A DNA stretch of 64,000 nt from a virus. The notes beneath the pieces are model-generated. The model was not told where the DNA came from. It did not search any database and was given only the letters and a program-made list of their open reading frames with translations. The position numbers and the translations under genes are program-made. The stretch spans positions 1 to 64,000 of IMG/VR virus record IMGVR_UViG_3300032073_000011. One strand, written 5' to 3'. Below, one piece after another: positions 26,894 to 35,966 of the stretch (position 1 is the stretch's first letter; every line of letters starts with the position of its first letter).

Positions 26894-27226
26894 TTAAACT
26901 ACTCCTGGTCCGTTGTCTTCGTCTTTTGGTCTATTTTCTTCGAACCACTCTACCATTGCATTAATTGCCCATACTGACCCACTAGCTAACATACCGTCAA
27001 AAAATATACTAGTGTAAGGGATAAACGTCATGCTTTCTGTTGGGGAGTAAAACGTTAATGAGAAAAAGAATCCTACCCATGTAGATGTACACATCATACA
27101 TCCAAGTAAGTCACCAAAAAAAGTTGATTTTTTTGTTATCCATTCTCTTGTGGTGTCAAATATAGTACCAAATACTAGTATTTGGGACATTCCGTAAGCT
27201 GCTAAAATCCATATAAGTGTTTCCAT
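26894..27226 (-). CDS. DUF1360-like membrane protein
   Basis: IFD..R, LLGCMMCTSTWVG, hydrophobic helices. Confidence 0.7.
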   Translation of the reverse strand: METLIWILAAYGMSQILVFGTIFDTTREWITKKSTFFGDLLGCMMCTSTWVGFFFSLTFYSPTESMTFIPYTSIFFDGMLASGSVWAINAMVEWFEENRPKDEDNGPGVV

Positions 27227-27229
27227 AAT

Positions 27230-27676
27230 TTAATCTATGTATGTGTCGTTTAAGTTAGATGTTCTCATGTATTTTGTTCTTCTATTTACTGTTACGTTTT
27301 TGAAGTGTTCTAACACATCATCTTGTTCTTTTATTTTATTTTTTTGTTCATTTATTATAGTTTTTGACTCTACTAATTCTGACTTCATTTTTTCTAATTC
27401 TTCTATTAGGTGAGTATCTTTTACCTCTTTTGTTACTATTTTTTCTACTATAATTTCTTTTTCTACCGGTATCTCTTTTATAACTTCTTTTATTATTTCT
27501 TTTTCTACTGGTACTTCCTGTATTTGAGATTTTGGTAAAAATGGTGCTACTCCGTATTTATCCAATGTTAATCCGTCTTTTGCACACTTTACAATAAAAT
27601 CTGATGTATTGTCTATTTCATTTAATTTACAATATTCATCAAATTCTTTTTGTAGTGTTTTATTTATTTCAATCAT
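27230..27676 (-). CDS. hypothetical protein with VEKEII/EIPV repeats and coiled coil
   Basis: EVPVEKEIIKEVIKEIPVEKEIIVEKIVTKEV. Confidence 0.7.
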   Translation of the reverse strand: MIEINKTLQKEFDEYCKLNEIDNTSDFIVKCAKDGLTLDKYGVAPFLPKSQIQEVPVEKEIIKEVIKEIPVEKEIIVEKIVTKEVKDTHLIEELEKMKSELVESKTIINEQKNKIKEQDDVLEHFKNVTVNRRTKYMRTSNLNDTYID

Positions 27677-28451
27677 TAGTTAAAATTTCTTTTTCTTTTT
27701 CTATATCATCAATATCTCTTATTCTAAAATTAAGATATGGTTGGGGATTATCAAGTGTAAAAAATTTATATTTTTCTGTCTCTACGTTGTACACTCCATA
27801 CCCATGATTCTTTATACTTTCTCCAAAATTTTGTATTATAGTAGAGCCTACCATATAAGCTTTTTTACCTCTAGGTATTTTAAAGGTTTGTCTTTTGTGT
27901 ATGTCCCCTGCGAATACAACATCACACCCATCAAACCTATCAACACTAAAACCATCTTCAAACACAAAACCAAAATCATTCGAAGCACCTTCTATTGGTC
28001 CATGGAATAACCCTATTTTATATTTGGTGGTATTGTCAGGTATATCAGGACTAACATTATGACTTCTCAAAGAATAGACACACCAAAGAATATTTTCGTC
28101 TTCGTAACACCCTTTATCTTTGTAATAAATGATATTTGGGTTGTTAAGACTTTCTACTATCGGTGAAATAGCGTCCATCCTATCCATATTATTTTCTAAA
28201 AAGTCGTGATTTCCTATAATATAAACACACTTACAGATTTTTGCTGTTTCTGTCATCACCCAAGACATTAGATTGATTAACTCTGGTGTCATTTGATTTT
28301 TAGAGTGTACAAAATCTCCGGTAAATACGATTCTATCGGGTTTTAGTTCTTTCCAATCTTTTAAAGCCTTTTCCAAAACTTTTTTATCTCTTTTATGTTG
28401 TTTATAAAGTTTTAAGTGTAAATCAGAATAATGTATTATTTTATTAATCAT
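27669..28451 (-). CDS. SbcD/Mre11/gp47-like metallophosphoesterase nuclease
   Basis: Motifs SDLH, GDFVH, GNHD, FHG, GDIH, Q.FGE. Confidence 0.88.
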   Translation of the reverse strand: MINKIIHYSDLHLKLYKQHKRDKKVLEKALKDWKELKPDRIVFTGDFVHSKNQMTPELINLMSWVMTETAKICKCVYIIGNHDFLENNMDRMDAISPIVESLNNPNIIYYKDKGCYEDENILWCVYSLRSHNVSPDIPDNTTKYKIGLFHGPIEGASNDFGFVFEDGFSVDRFDGCDVVFAGDIHKRQTFKIPRGKKAYMVGSTIIQNFGESIKNHGYGVYNVETEKYKFFTLDNPQPYLNFRIRDIDDIEKEKEILTND

Positions 28452-29251
28452 TACTTGTTTTTTATTTTATTTATTATTTCTGCCATACCAATATTTATAT
28501 CCCCATAGACCGTACCCGTAAAAAATTTCAATAATAGAGTTATAGCCCCTATAATTAATAAACCTATAAAATGTGTAGTTATGACATGATATGTGTATAT
28601 GGAAATAATGAGACCTATAACTATCATTCTGTAATTATAATATAGAAACATCAATGCACTATACATGAAATTTGCATTATCATATACCCAACCCAGTCCT
28701 TTTTTGGGGTGTATTTCTTGATTTGCTCTACCTCTAATGTCTGTTGTAAATGTAGCGAAAAAATATAGTGTAAAAGAAACTACTATAACTTCCAAAAACA
28801 TATACCAAAGAAAAAATATTATAGATGGTAATAGTGTTATAGGTATAGTACTAATACCGTCCCAAAGATTTGGCCATAATCCATCTAGTTCTTCTGGTAT
28901 ATTGTTAGTTTCTTTTTTATTTACTTTTACCATGACTGTAACTTCATGGTCTTCCCCATACAATTCTTTTAGTACTCTTACTCTATGGTTTCCATCAGCA
29001 GCTCTGTAAGGTTTACCATCCCAATCACCTTCATGGACCTCTATGTAACCATATTTTTCAGGGTTATAACCAAATTCTAAAATACTTTCTTTTATCTTTG
29101 TAAGTCTACTAGGTGTTGTGGTTTTTCTCCAAGCTCTTCTTAGTCTTGCTGACATAGATTCATCTAGAGTGTAACTCCAAGTATCTCGTATCTGACCAAC
29201 TTTTACTTTTTCAAGTTTATCGTATTCTATTAGTTCACCTATTTCTGCCAT
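28451..29251 (-). CDS. ParB/Sulfiredoxin-like domain fused to C-terminal TM helices
   Basis: IKESI...G, YRAADGNHRV, and 3-4 hydrophobic segments in the C-terminal half. Confidence 0.65.
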   Translation of the reverse strand: MAEIGELIEYDKLEKVKVGQIRDTWSYTLDESMSARLRRAWRKTTTPSRLTKIKESILEFGYNPEKYGYIEVHEGDWDGKPYRAADGNHRVRVLKELYGEDHEVTVMVKVNKKETNNIPEELDGLWPNLWDGISTIPITLLPSIIFFLWYMFLEVIVVSFTLYFFATFTTDIRGRANQEIHPKKGLGWVYDNANFMYSALMFLYYNYRMIVIGLIISIYTYHVITTHFIGLLIIGAITLLLKFFTGTVYGDINIGMAEIINKIKNK

Positions 29252-30015
29252 TAGTTCATTATTTTTAATATTTCATCTCTAAAATCATAACATTTAATAA
29301 TTTTATAAGTTTCGTTATTTTCATTAAACCACACAATGTAAGAGTCACCCAAGTCTAACTCCGTATTTCTTTCAACTATTAATTTATAAAAAGATAATTG
29401 TAGTGAATATGTATTTAATTCACAAACATCTAAATGACTTAAAGGTTCTTTAAATTGTTGCCATTTATTATTTTCTTTTATAGCTTTATTGGTTTTCCAA
29501 TCCCAAATTTCTAATTTTTGTGATTTTTCGTTATAGAATAATTGGTCAATCATTCCTGTAACACCCCACTCTTTATCTCCAACTACAACCTCTGCCCTTA
29601 CAGGTATTAATTTTCCAAATGATTTATTGTAAAAATCATCAAACATTTTTTTTAGTTTTTCTACCGCTTCTTTACATTCTAACATATTTTCTGTCCCACC
29701 CAAAGCTTCAGTAATTCTGTGTTCTGGAAATGGAAATAATTTGTTAGTTAAAAAGTTTTCTGCATATTCATGAAAAGCTGAACCTTTTTCACATGAAAAA
29801 TCTGCTTTATATTTCCACTCTTTTAAAATCTCTTCTTTTGTTATACCTCTTTCATCTGCCTTTTTTTTAGACCAATAGTCTTTGTCAAATGGGTGCTTAT
29901 ATTTACCTATTATTGAGGTTACAGATTTTGTTTTTACACCGTCCAAATAATAGATATGTTCCTTGTCATGAAACTTTATATTGTTAAATTTAGCTAACTC
30001 TCTAGTTATTTTCAT
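29251..30015 (-). CDS. PD-(D/E)XK superfamily exonuclease
   Basis: SVTSII, GS.FH, E.VV, GMIDQL, IWDWKTN, QLSFY. Confidence 0.85.
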   Translation of the reverse strand: MKITRELAKFNNIKFHDKEHIYYLDGVKTKSVTSIIGKYKHPFDKDYWSKKKADERGITKEEILKEWKYKADFSCEKGSAFHEYAENFLTNKLFPFPEHRITEALGGTENMLECKEAVEKLKKMFDDFYNKSFGKLIPVRAEVVVGDKEWGVTGMIDQLFYNEKSQKLEIWDWKTNKAIKENNKWQQFKEPLSHLDVCELNTYSLQLSFYKLIVERNTELDLGDSYIVWFNENNETYKIIKCYDFRDEILKIMN

Positions 30016-30016
30016 A

Positions 30017-30931
30017 TTATAATAATTTTATTTCTTTTAGGTTGTTTATACCACCTAGTTCTCCCACATCTTTATCTTGAGGTAATTTGATGAGTCTTAC
30101 CCTACCTGTTAATTTCCCACCATCTAATTTCCTATATAAATTTTGTGCATCTTTCCAAGCGTCTCCGTCTAAACAAATTATAACATTCTTTTTTGCGTTG
30201 TCATATAATTTACCCCAAAGTTTGTCACTAACACTTTTCCCTAATACTGGAATGGCGTTAGGCACAAAAAACATATCGAACACCCCTTCCACTAAATATA
30301 TATCTTCTTCCCAATTAATTAAATGTTCGTTGAATATAATTTTATCTTTTTCTGCTTCGGGATTTTTGTATTTATTTTTGTGTCCTACATAAGAACGAGA
30401 AACAAAATAATTAATTTCTTCGTTTTCATCGAAAGATGGGACTATTATTCTACCTCTATAAGGTCCTTCTGTTGTATACCCAATAGAGTATTTGGATATT
30501 ATCTCATCACTTATATTTCTTTTTCTTAAGTAATTATAAGCTTCTTTATATGGTATTGTTAATTTGTTACCTTTAGTAAATGAGATGTAGTGGTGAGGTA
30601 ATCTTACGTCTTCATATTTTCTTTTTTTAGTTTTAATGAAATCCCCACCTATTAGTTCCCAGGTGGATTTGTGTCTTCTATTCCCCCACTTTAAAAATAA
30701 TTTATTTAGGGACCCATGAGTAGCGTAAGTTTCTGAACATGCCCAACATTTATACACCCCTTGTTGATAGTTGACTTCGAAGTTTCCTTTTCCATCCCCC
30801 TTATCCAGCCCTTTTATGTCATACGAACATACGGGACAATCAAAGGAGATTTGTCCCTTATTAGGATAATGTGAGTTTATTTCCCCTAAAATGTCCTGTA
30901 ATAATTCTAATAATAGTGGTGAGTCTTCCAT
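30017..30931 (-). CDS. DNA primase (zinc finger plus TOPRIM)
   Basis: CPVC...CWAC, YL..R.I, RIIVP, KYKNP, LVEGVFD, LDGDA. Confidence 0.9.
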   Translation of the reverse strand: MEDSPLLLELLQDILGEINSHYPNKGQISFDCPVCSYDIKGLDKGDGKGNFEVNYQQGVYKCWACSETYATHGSLNKLFLKWGNRRHKSTWELIGGDFIKTKKRKYEDVRLPHHYISFTKGNKLTIPYKEAYNYLRKRNISDEIISKYSIGYTTEGPYRGRIIVPSFDENEEINYFVSRSYVGHKNKYKNPEAEKDKIIFNEHLINWEEDIYLVEGVFDMFFVPNAIPVLGKSVSDKLWGKLYDNAKKNVIICLDGDAWKDAQNLYRKLDGGKLTGRVRLIKLPQDKDVGELGGINNLKEIKLL

Positions 30932-30935
30932 ATGA

Positions 30936-30966
30936 TAAATGTATGGAATTTTTTATGGGTAATCAA
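30936..30966 (-). promoter_or_regulatory. TTG-N20-TACATTTA promoter
   Basis: Fills the intergenic gap, 4 nt before the primase ATG. Confidence 0.6.
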
Positions 30967-31563
30967 TTACCATAAATTATTTTGATTCATATGACCTAAA
31001 ACACATGTATAAGCATCACACATATCAAAATTTTCTTTTTTAAGGGTGTTATTTCTAGTATAAGCCCAAGTTAGGTGTGGTTCTTTGTTGGATACTTTTT
31101 GCCAAATAATATGTTTCTTATCACACCCCACTTCATATTTACCAAATAAAACTTTTCTACCTTTTATATTTTCTGCGACTAACTCTGGAAAAGCAAATTT
31201 TCTAGAGTTATAGGTAGAAATAAATGATGGTATAATACCTAATACATTATAAATGGTTCTAGTTATAAAAGAATTATACCTCATTAAGGTAGCTACTGTT
31301 CTAATATTATTAGAATTTATAAGTGGTTCTTCTATAATAATTTTAGTTATACCAATATTTTTATAATCTATTAGTTTGTCATGAAATTGGTCTGCTTTAA
31401 CTAACATTTCTTCTATCTTATCTTCTCTTTTGGGTTTTACTTTTGGTGAAAAGTGTGTTAGTTCTAGTAATTCTTGTTTTTGTATATCAAATAATGCCCA
31501 CCCTATTGTTTTGGTGGAAATATCCAGACCTAAAACTTTAGGTGCTTTTCCTATATTATTCAT
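30967..31563 (-). CDS. RuvC-like Holliday junction resolvase
   Basis: LGLDIST..IGW, IIIEEP, DMCDAY acidic motifs of the RNase H fold. Confidence 0.8.
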   Translation of the reverse strand: MNNIGKAPKVLGLDISTKTIGWALFDIQKQELLELTHFSPKVKPKREDKIEEMLVKADQFHDKLIDYKNIGITKIIIEEPLINSNNIRTVATLMRYNSFITRTIYNVLGIIPSFISTYNSRKFAFPELVAENIKGRKVLFGKYEVGCDKKHIIWQKVSNKEPHLTWAYTRNNTLKKENFDMCDAYTCVLGHMNQNNLW

Positions 31564-31603
31564 TCGTAATATTTTTTATTTTATATAATACTATAAAATA
31601 ATC

Positions 31604-32821
31604 CTAGAAAGTAAGTACTAGTTGTAAATTTACTGGTGTATTTTTTGCTTTTTCTATAGGTCTATCAGGAATAGCAACAGCTATCAATCTATTAGATGAA
31701 TCATACAGTCCAATTTCCGTTATATAAGAAGAACTAATATCAGATAAATCCCATATATTGTGTACATCACCAAATGGTGTTTGGAATTGTATCCCTGTGT
31801 TTTCTCCTCCCGCACCATAGTAAGGTGTTTCCGCTGGAGAAGCTGTTTGGTTTTCAGTAACATAAAATTCACCTGATGCTGCAACAATATCAACTACTAT
31901 TCTATATTCTTTTTCGAAAGAATAAAAACTACAATTTGCTGAACTAGCTCCAGTAAAATATATTTGAGTTGCTGCCGAAGCAAATGACATCGTATTAGCG
32001 TTAGGATTTCCTGAATGAAATGGGTAAGCTAAGGTACCACCAGTAGAAGCACCACTGTAATTAAAATTAGCTATAATACCAGGGTCTGTTATAACAGCAA
32101 ATCCTTTGTCTAAATAAGCTATACCCACTGGACGGTCTTGTACTTGTGCATAAGCTTTAGGTGAGTTTGCTGATGATACTGTTTCAGTAAATCTAAAATT
32201 GTCTACACCAGAATTAGGATACCCAGTAGGTGTACTTCCTGAAACCCAACCATTTGACCAACTTGTTATACTAGTATTTGATGCGGATAGGGATGGTCCA
32301 AGTATTTCATCACAAAATAAGAATGCCACATTTGTCGATGGTAGTCCTGGGTTACCTACTATATTACCTTCTATTTTTGGGTTACCAAAAAATTCACCTT
32401 CATCTGAATTATCTGATGATGTTGCTAATGGGTTATAATAAGAACTATATAATTCATAATTACCTTCCGACCCCGCTATATTTTTAGGTACCAATAATTT
32501 TAATGTTCTACCATCTATTAAAACTCCGTATTCACTTTTTGGTATTTCAGCAACAATTGCTTGTGCCTGAGAAAGTCCACTAAATCCTGTATTTGCCCAA
32601 GTTGATAGGAAAGCGTTTGTTGTTCCACTATTTGCTGGCATATTAAATGAAGAATATAGATTAGAAAAAGCTCTTCCGTTTGACGGGTTTCTTTGTATTA
32701 TTGTAAATGGTAAACTTGACCCACTTATATAGTTCCACCCTGTACTTGCGGAAGCATTATAAGGCACTAGAACTGCTTCTATCCTTTTTTCACTTGTTTG
32801 TATTTTTTTAAATTTTCCCAT
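31604..32821 (-). CDS. putative tail/baseplate structural protein
   Basis: C-terminal ITEIGLYD....IAVA..PIEK (tail-collar/fibre-like), S/T/G/N-rich. Confidence 0.65.
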   Translation of the reverse strand: MGKFKKIQTSEKRIEAVLVPYNASASTGWNYISGSSLPFTIIQRNPSNGRAFSNLYSSFNMPANSGTTNAFLSTWANTGFSGLSQAQAIVAEIPKSEYGVLIDGRTLKLLVPKNIAGSEGNYELYSSYYNPLATSSDNSDEGEFFGNPKIEGNIVGNPGLPSTNVAFLFCDEILGPSLSASNTSITSWSNGWVSGSTPTGYPNSGVDNFRFTETVSSANSPKAYAQVQDRPVGIAYLDKGFAVITDPGIIANFNYSGASTGGTLAYPFHSGNPNANTMSFASAATQIYFTGASSANCSFYSFEKEYRIVVDIVAASGEFYVTENQTASPAETPYYGAGGENTGIQFQTPFGDVHNIWDLSDISSSYITEIGLYDSSNRLIAVAIPDRPIEKAKNTPVNLQLVLTF

Positions 32822-32822
32822 T

Positions 32823-33254
32823 TTAAGTCCAACTTTTATAATTACTAGAATTTATACCCCTATCTAAAACTAAGGATGCTCTACCCGCAAAGTAAAGAGG
32901 TACAATATGAAAGGGACTACCCTCAGTTCTACCATTTGCGTTATTTTGAATACCTGGAAATACTTTATTTGTTGTTAGTGAGGGGTTACTTGTGTAACTT
33001 ACAAACATGTATTTACCTTTATCTGGTGGACTCATTACAGATATATATTTCGAAGGTGCAAAAATTGCGTAGTATTCACCTGGAGTACCGTAATATCTAC
33101 TATTTTCATTACTTTTACTCTGGTCTATAAATCTATTTCTAGCTCCCCTTATCCTTTGGTTATCCACATATAAAATAGCTTCTTTATTAACTAAAACACT
33201 ATTTTCAGTACATTTACTTTCGTTCCTATAAAATTCTAAAGCTTTTGTATCCAT
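32823..33254 (-). CDS. hypothetical protein in structural module
   Basis: ORF packed between structural genes. Confidence 0.7.
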   Translation of the reverse strand: MDTKALEFYRNESKCTENSVLVNKEAILYVDNQRIRGARNRFIDQSKSNENSRYYGTPGEYYAIFAPSKYISVMSPPDKGKYMFVSYTSNPSLTTNKVFPGIQNNANGRTEGSPFHIVPLYFAGRASLVLDRGINSSNYKSWT

Positions 33255-33259
33255 TTTAT

Positions 33260-35131
33260 TTAATTTATTACTTGTCCGTTTGTAACTTTAAAGAATAGAG
33301 ATTTACCCCCACTTGTTTGCCACGGATTTGAACTGTTATGCCCTCTAGGGTCTTCGGAATAAGAACTTCTATCTCCACCGGCTTCACCATAAAAACGGAA
33401 TGTAGCGTTATCATACATTCTGTAATAGTTTTGAGCTGATACGTTTTTGTACGCGAAAGATGGTGATAATGCTGCTTTATTAAATTTAAATCTCACAGTT
33501 AATTTACATGGTACAGCTCCATTTGATTCGGAAGATTGTACTTCCCAACTTATAGGTATAGATATATTGTATGATGTTAATCCACTTCCACTTAGTCCTG
33601 CAATATAACCACCACTATACGTATCAGTTTTCCAGTAACTATTATTTTGTTTAGCTATGGTAATAAATATATTATCTGCCATTTTTGCTTGTCTTGTAAA
33701 TAGTGTATAGTATGGGTCGGTTTCTGCTACTACACTCCCCGCTACTGTACTTAACCCATTATCTTTAGATGGGTATAGTGAGAAGTTTGGTCCCCCACTT
33801 TTAAGTCCTTGTTCGTTAGTGTTCCAATTAGCTGTATATTCCATACTACCCATTAATAAACCAAATGTATCGGATGGGTGAGTTGTGTAAGTTATCTGAA
33901 CCCCTTTATTATTACTACTATTAATATCTATATACTCACCCTGACTTTGAGTTAATCTTTTTAACTTAATTGGGTAGTATGTTGGTGAAAAATTAGAATT
34001 TGTCACGTTAATCACTAACCTTGTGGTTGGTATTGTTACGTTTATATTTTTATAAGCTTCACTATCAAATCCTGCTGTGGTCATACTTACTTCTCTTTCC
34101 ATATCGATAGAACTTACAAACCCTATTAGGGGTTCTATTTGAGCAGCAAGATTACTTACCCAACCATTTTGAGTTGAGTTCATATTGAATGTTGGGTATG
34201 ACTGTCCGTTTTGATTCCATGTGGACATTCCACCACAATTTAAATAACCAACATCAAATGCTGCAAATCCAATCCCGTATCGACCAGCTCCTCTTAAATA
34301 ACGTGTACCGTTTTCATCTAACCCTGGTGAAAATACTAAAGAAAAAGGAGAAGGTAATTGTAAACCTTTTAAGTTTGTACCAGTAAAATCAATACCAGTA
34401 TGTTGTCCTTTATTCATAAATGCACCCCCAGCCATGGCAAGAGCATTATAATAACTACTATCTTTTAATGGTACTAATTTTATACCACTAGTAGAGAAAT
34501 TTGTACCATCATATATCTTAACAGAATCCACATAATCAATATATTGTCCTATACCATGTTCAGATAATTCACTTAAGAAATTAAGATATTCACTATTATT
34601 ACGGATGTTTAATGTGTTTTCAAAATAATTAGTTGTAGCGGTAGATATAGTAGTTGCAGCGGAAGATAAAACATCTTTATGGTCATCTATATATTTTGAA
34701 GCTAATAACTTACATAAAACATAATAGTCAGATAAATAAACGTCTATCTCTACTTCATTTCTATAATACTTAACCAAGTTATCAGTACCTTTAACACCAA
34801 CTGCAACATATTTTTTCTTCCTAGTAAACACTTTGTTTGATGATGGTGTTTGCCACACAGCATTATTTATGGTATATCCGTTACTTATGGAATTTTTATA
34901 ATTACTATCTTGACCTGTTGCGTCAGGTATGTAACCTAATTGTGCGGAATTATTAGCTGTACTACTACTATCACCGTGTGCTTGTGTATTTCTATAGTCA
35001 ATATTACCATCTGAAATAACAAATTTATCAAATAAACTTATAAAACTCCCTGTTGATAGCATCAATTGACGCCCTTGTTCAGTTAACTGAACTGTCAATG
35101 TTGTTGCTGTTTGTGCACTTATATAACCCAT
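33260..35131 (-). CDS. putative virion structural protein (MGY..LT..GR..D..IDY family)
   Basis: N-terminal motif shared with the 35184 and 35966 genes. Confidence 0.65.
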   Translation of the reverse strand: MGYISAQTATTLTVQLTEQGRQLMLSTGSFISLFDKFVISDGNIDYRNTQAHGDSSSTANNSAQLGYIPDATGQDSNYKNSISNGYTINNAVWQTPSSNKVFTRKKKYVAVGVKGTDNLVKYYRNEVEIDVYLSDYYVLCKLLASKYIDDHKDVLSSAATTISTATTNYFENTLNIRNNSEYLNFLSELSEHGIGQYIDYVDSVKIYDGTNFSTSGIKLVPLKDSSYYNALAMAGGAFMNKGQHTGIDFTGTNLKGLQLPSPFSLVFSPGLDENGTRYLRGAGRYGIGFAAFDVGYLNCGGMSTWNQNGQSYPTFNMNSTQNGWVSNLAAQIEPLIGFVSSIDMEREVSMTTAGFDSEAYKNINVTIPTTRLVINVTNSNFSPTYYPIKLKRLTQSQGEYIDINSSNNKGVQITYTTHPSDTFGLLMGSMEYTANWNTNEQGLKSGGPNFSLYPSKDNGLSTVAGSVVAETDPYYTLFTRQAKMADNIFITIAKQNNSYWKTDTYSGGYIAGLSGSGLTSYNISIPISWEVQSSESNGAVPCKLTVRFKFNKAALSPSFAYKNVSAQNYYRMYDNATFRFYGEAGGDRSSYSEDPRGHNSSNPWQTSGGKSLFFKVTNGQVIN

Positions 35132-35183
35132 ATTATTATTCTCTTACTATATAATTATCTCGTTAAACGATTTCTTATCATTA

Positions 35184-35966
35184 TTACACACATTTTAAAC
35201 AATCACCATTACATGGGGATTCACTACCTAAATGTTTACATAATAAACAATAAACTTCTTTATTTTTACAATAACTTTCTATACTTCTATTATTATACCT
35301 TAAACACTCCATAAAAATCATTAAATCATTTTTATCTACTATACCATCACCATTAAAATCACCAATTAATTCATTACCTACTTTAGCCTTTGTACCAATT
35401 AGATTTAAAAAGACTATTAAATCTTTTATATCAACCACACCATCCCCATTAAAATCAGCACAACTTATACAATATGCTGGATAAAATTCTGTTATGTTGT
35501 GACCTACTTGCCAACAAGTTTCAAAATTACCACTTGTAGGGTTTTCTATTTCTTCTGGTTTTTCTGTTTTTTTATATTTTGCCCAGAGAGTACTTGTGTT
35601 AGTTGGTCCAACACCTAGAGTAGTATCTAGTAAAGATATTACACCTGATTTAATATTAGTTCTTGCCCCTCTAAAAATCGAGGGTAGTGTACCAAAACTT
35701 TGTTTGGTACTTTTTGGTTCCCCACCTCTAGCATCAGGTAAATCATAAAAACATGAACCTGTAAAAGCACTTAAACCTGTTTGTCCACTACAACTTCCAC
35801 TCCCCACAAATCTACGATAATCAATATCCGAATCACCCAATCCAAATTGTGTAATCGACCCCATTAAACCTTTTCCTGTACCAATAATGCTTCTACCATA
35901 ATCAGAAAGGTATAATCTAAAAGTGTTACCAGATAATGTATTATTATAAATCCCTAAATACCCCAT
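35184..35966 (-). CDS. putative virion protein with dockerin type I-like domain
   Basis: Paired Ca-binding loops ADFNGDGVVDIKDL and GDFNGDGIVDKNDL, shared N-terminal motif, Cys-rich C-terminus. Confidence 0.75.
   Translation of the reverse strand: MGYLGIYNNTLSGNTFRLYLSDYGRSIIGTGKGLMGSITQFGLGDSDIDYRRFVGSGSCSGQTGLSAFTGSCFYDLPDARGGEPKSTKQSFGTLPSIFRGARTNIKSGVISLLDTTLGVGPTNTSTLWAKYKKTEKPEEIENPTSGNFETCWQVGHNITEFYPAYCISCADFNGDGVVDIKDLIVFLNLIGTKAKVGNELIGDFNGDGIVDKNDLMIFMECLRYNNRSIESYCKNKEVYCLLCKHLGSESPCNGDCLKCV

Noticed and set aside
29251-30015. Cas4 / CRISPR adaptation gene
   Set aside because: It lacks the four-Cys Fe-S cluster pattern and any cas context, so a generic phage PD-(D/E)XK exonuclease is more likely.
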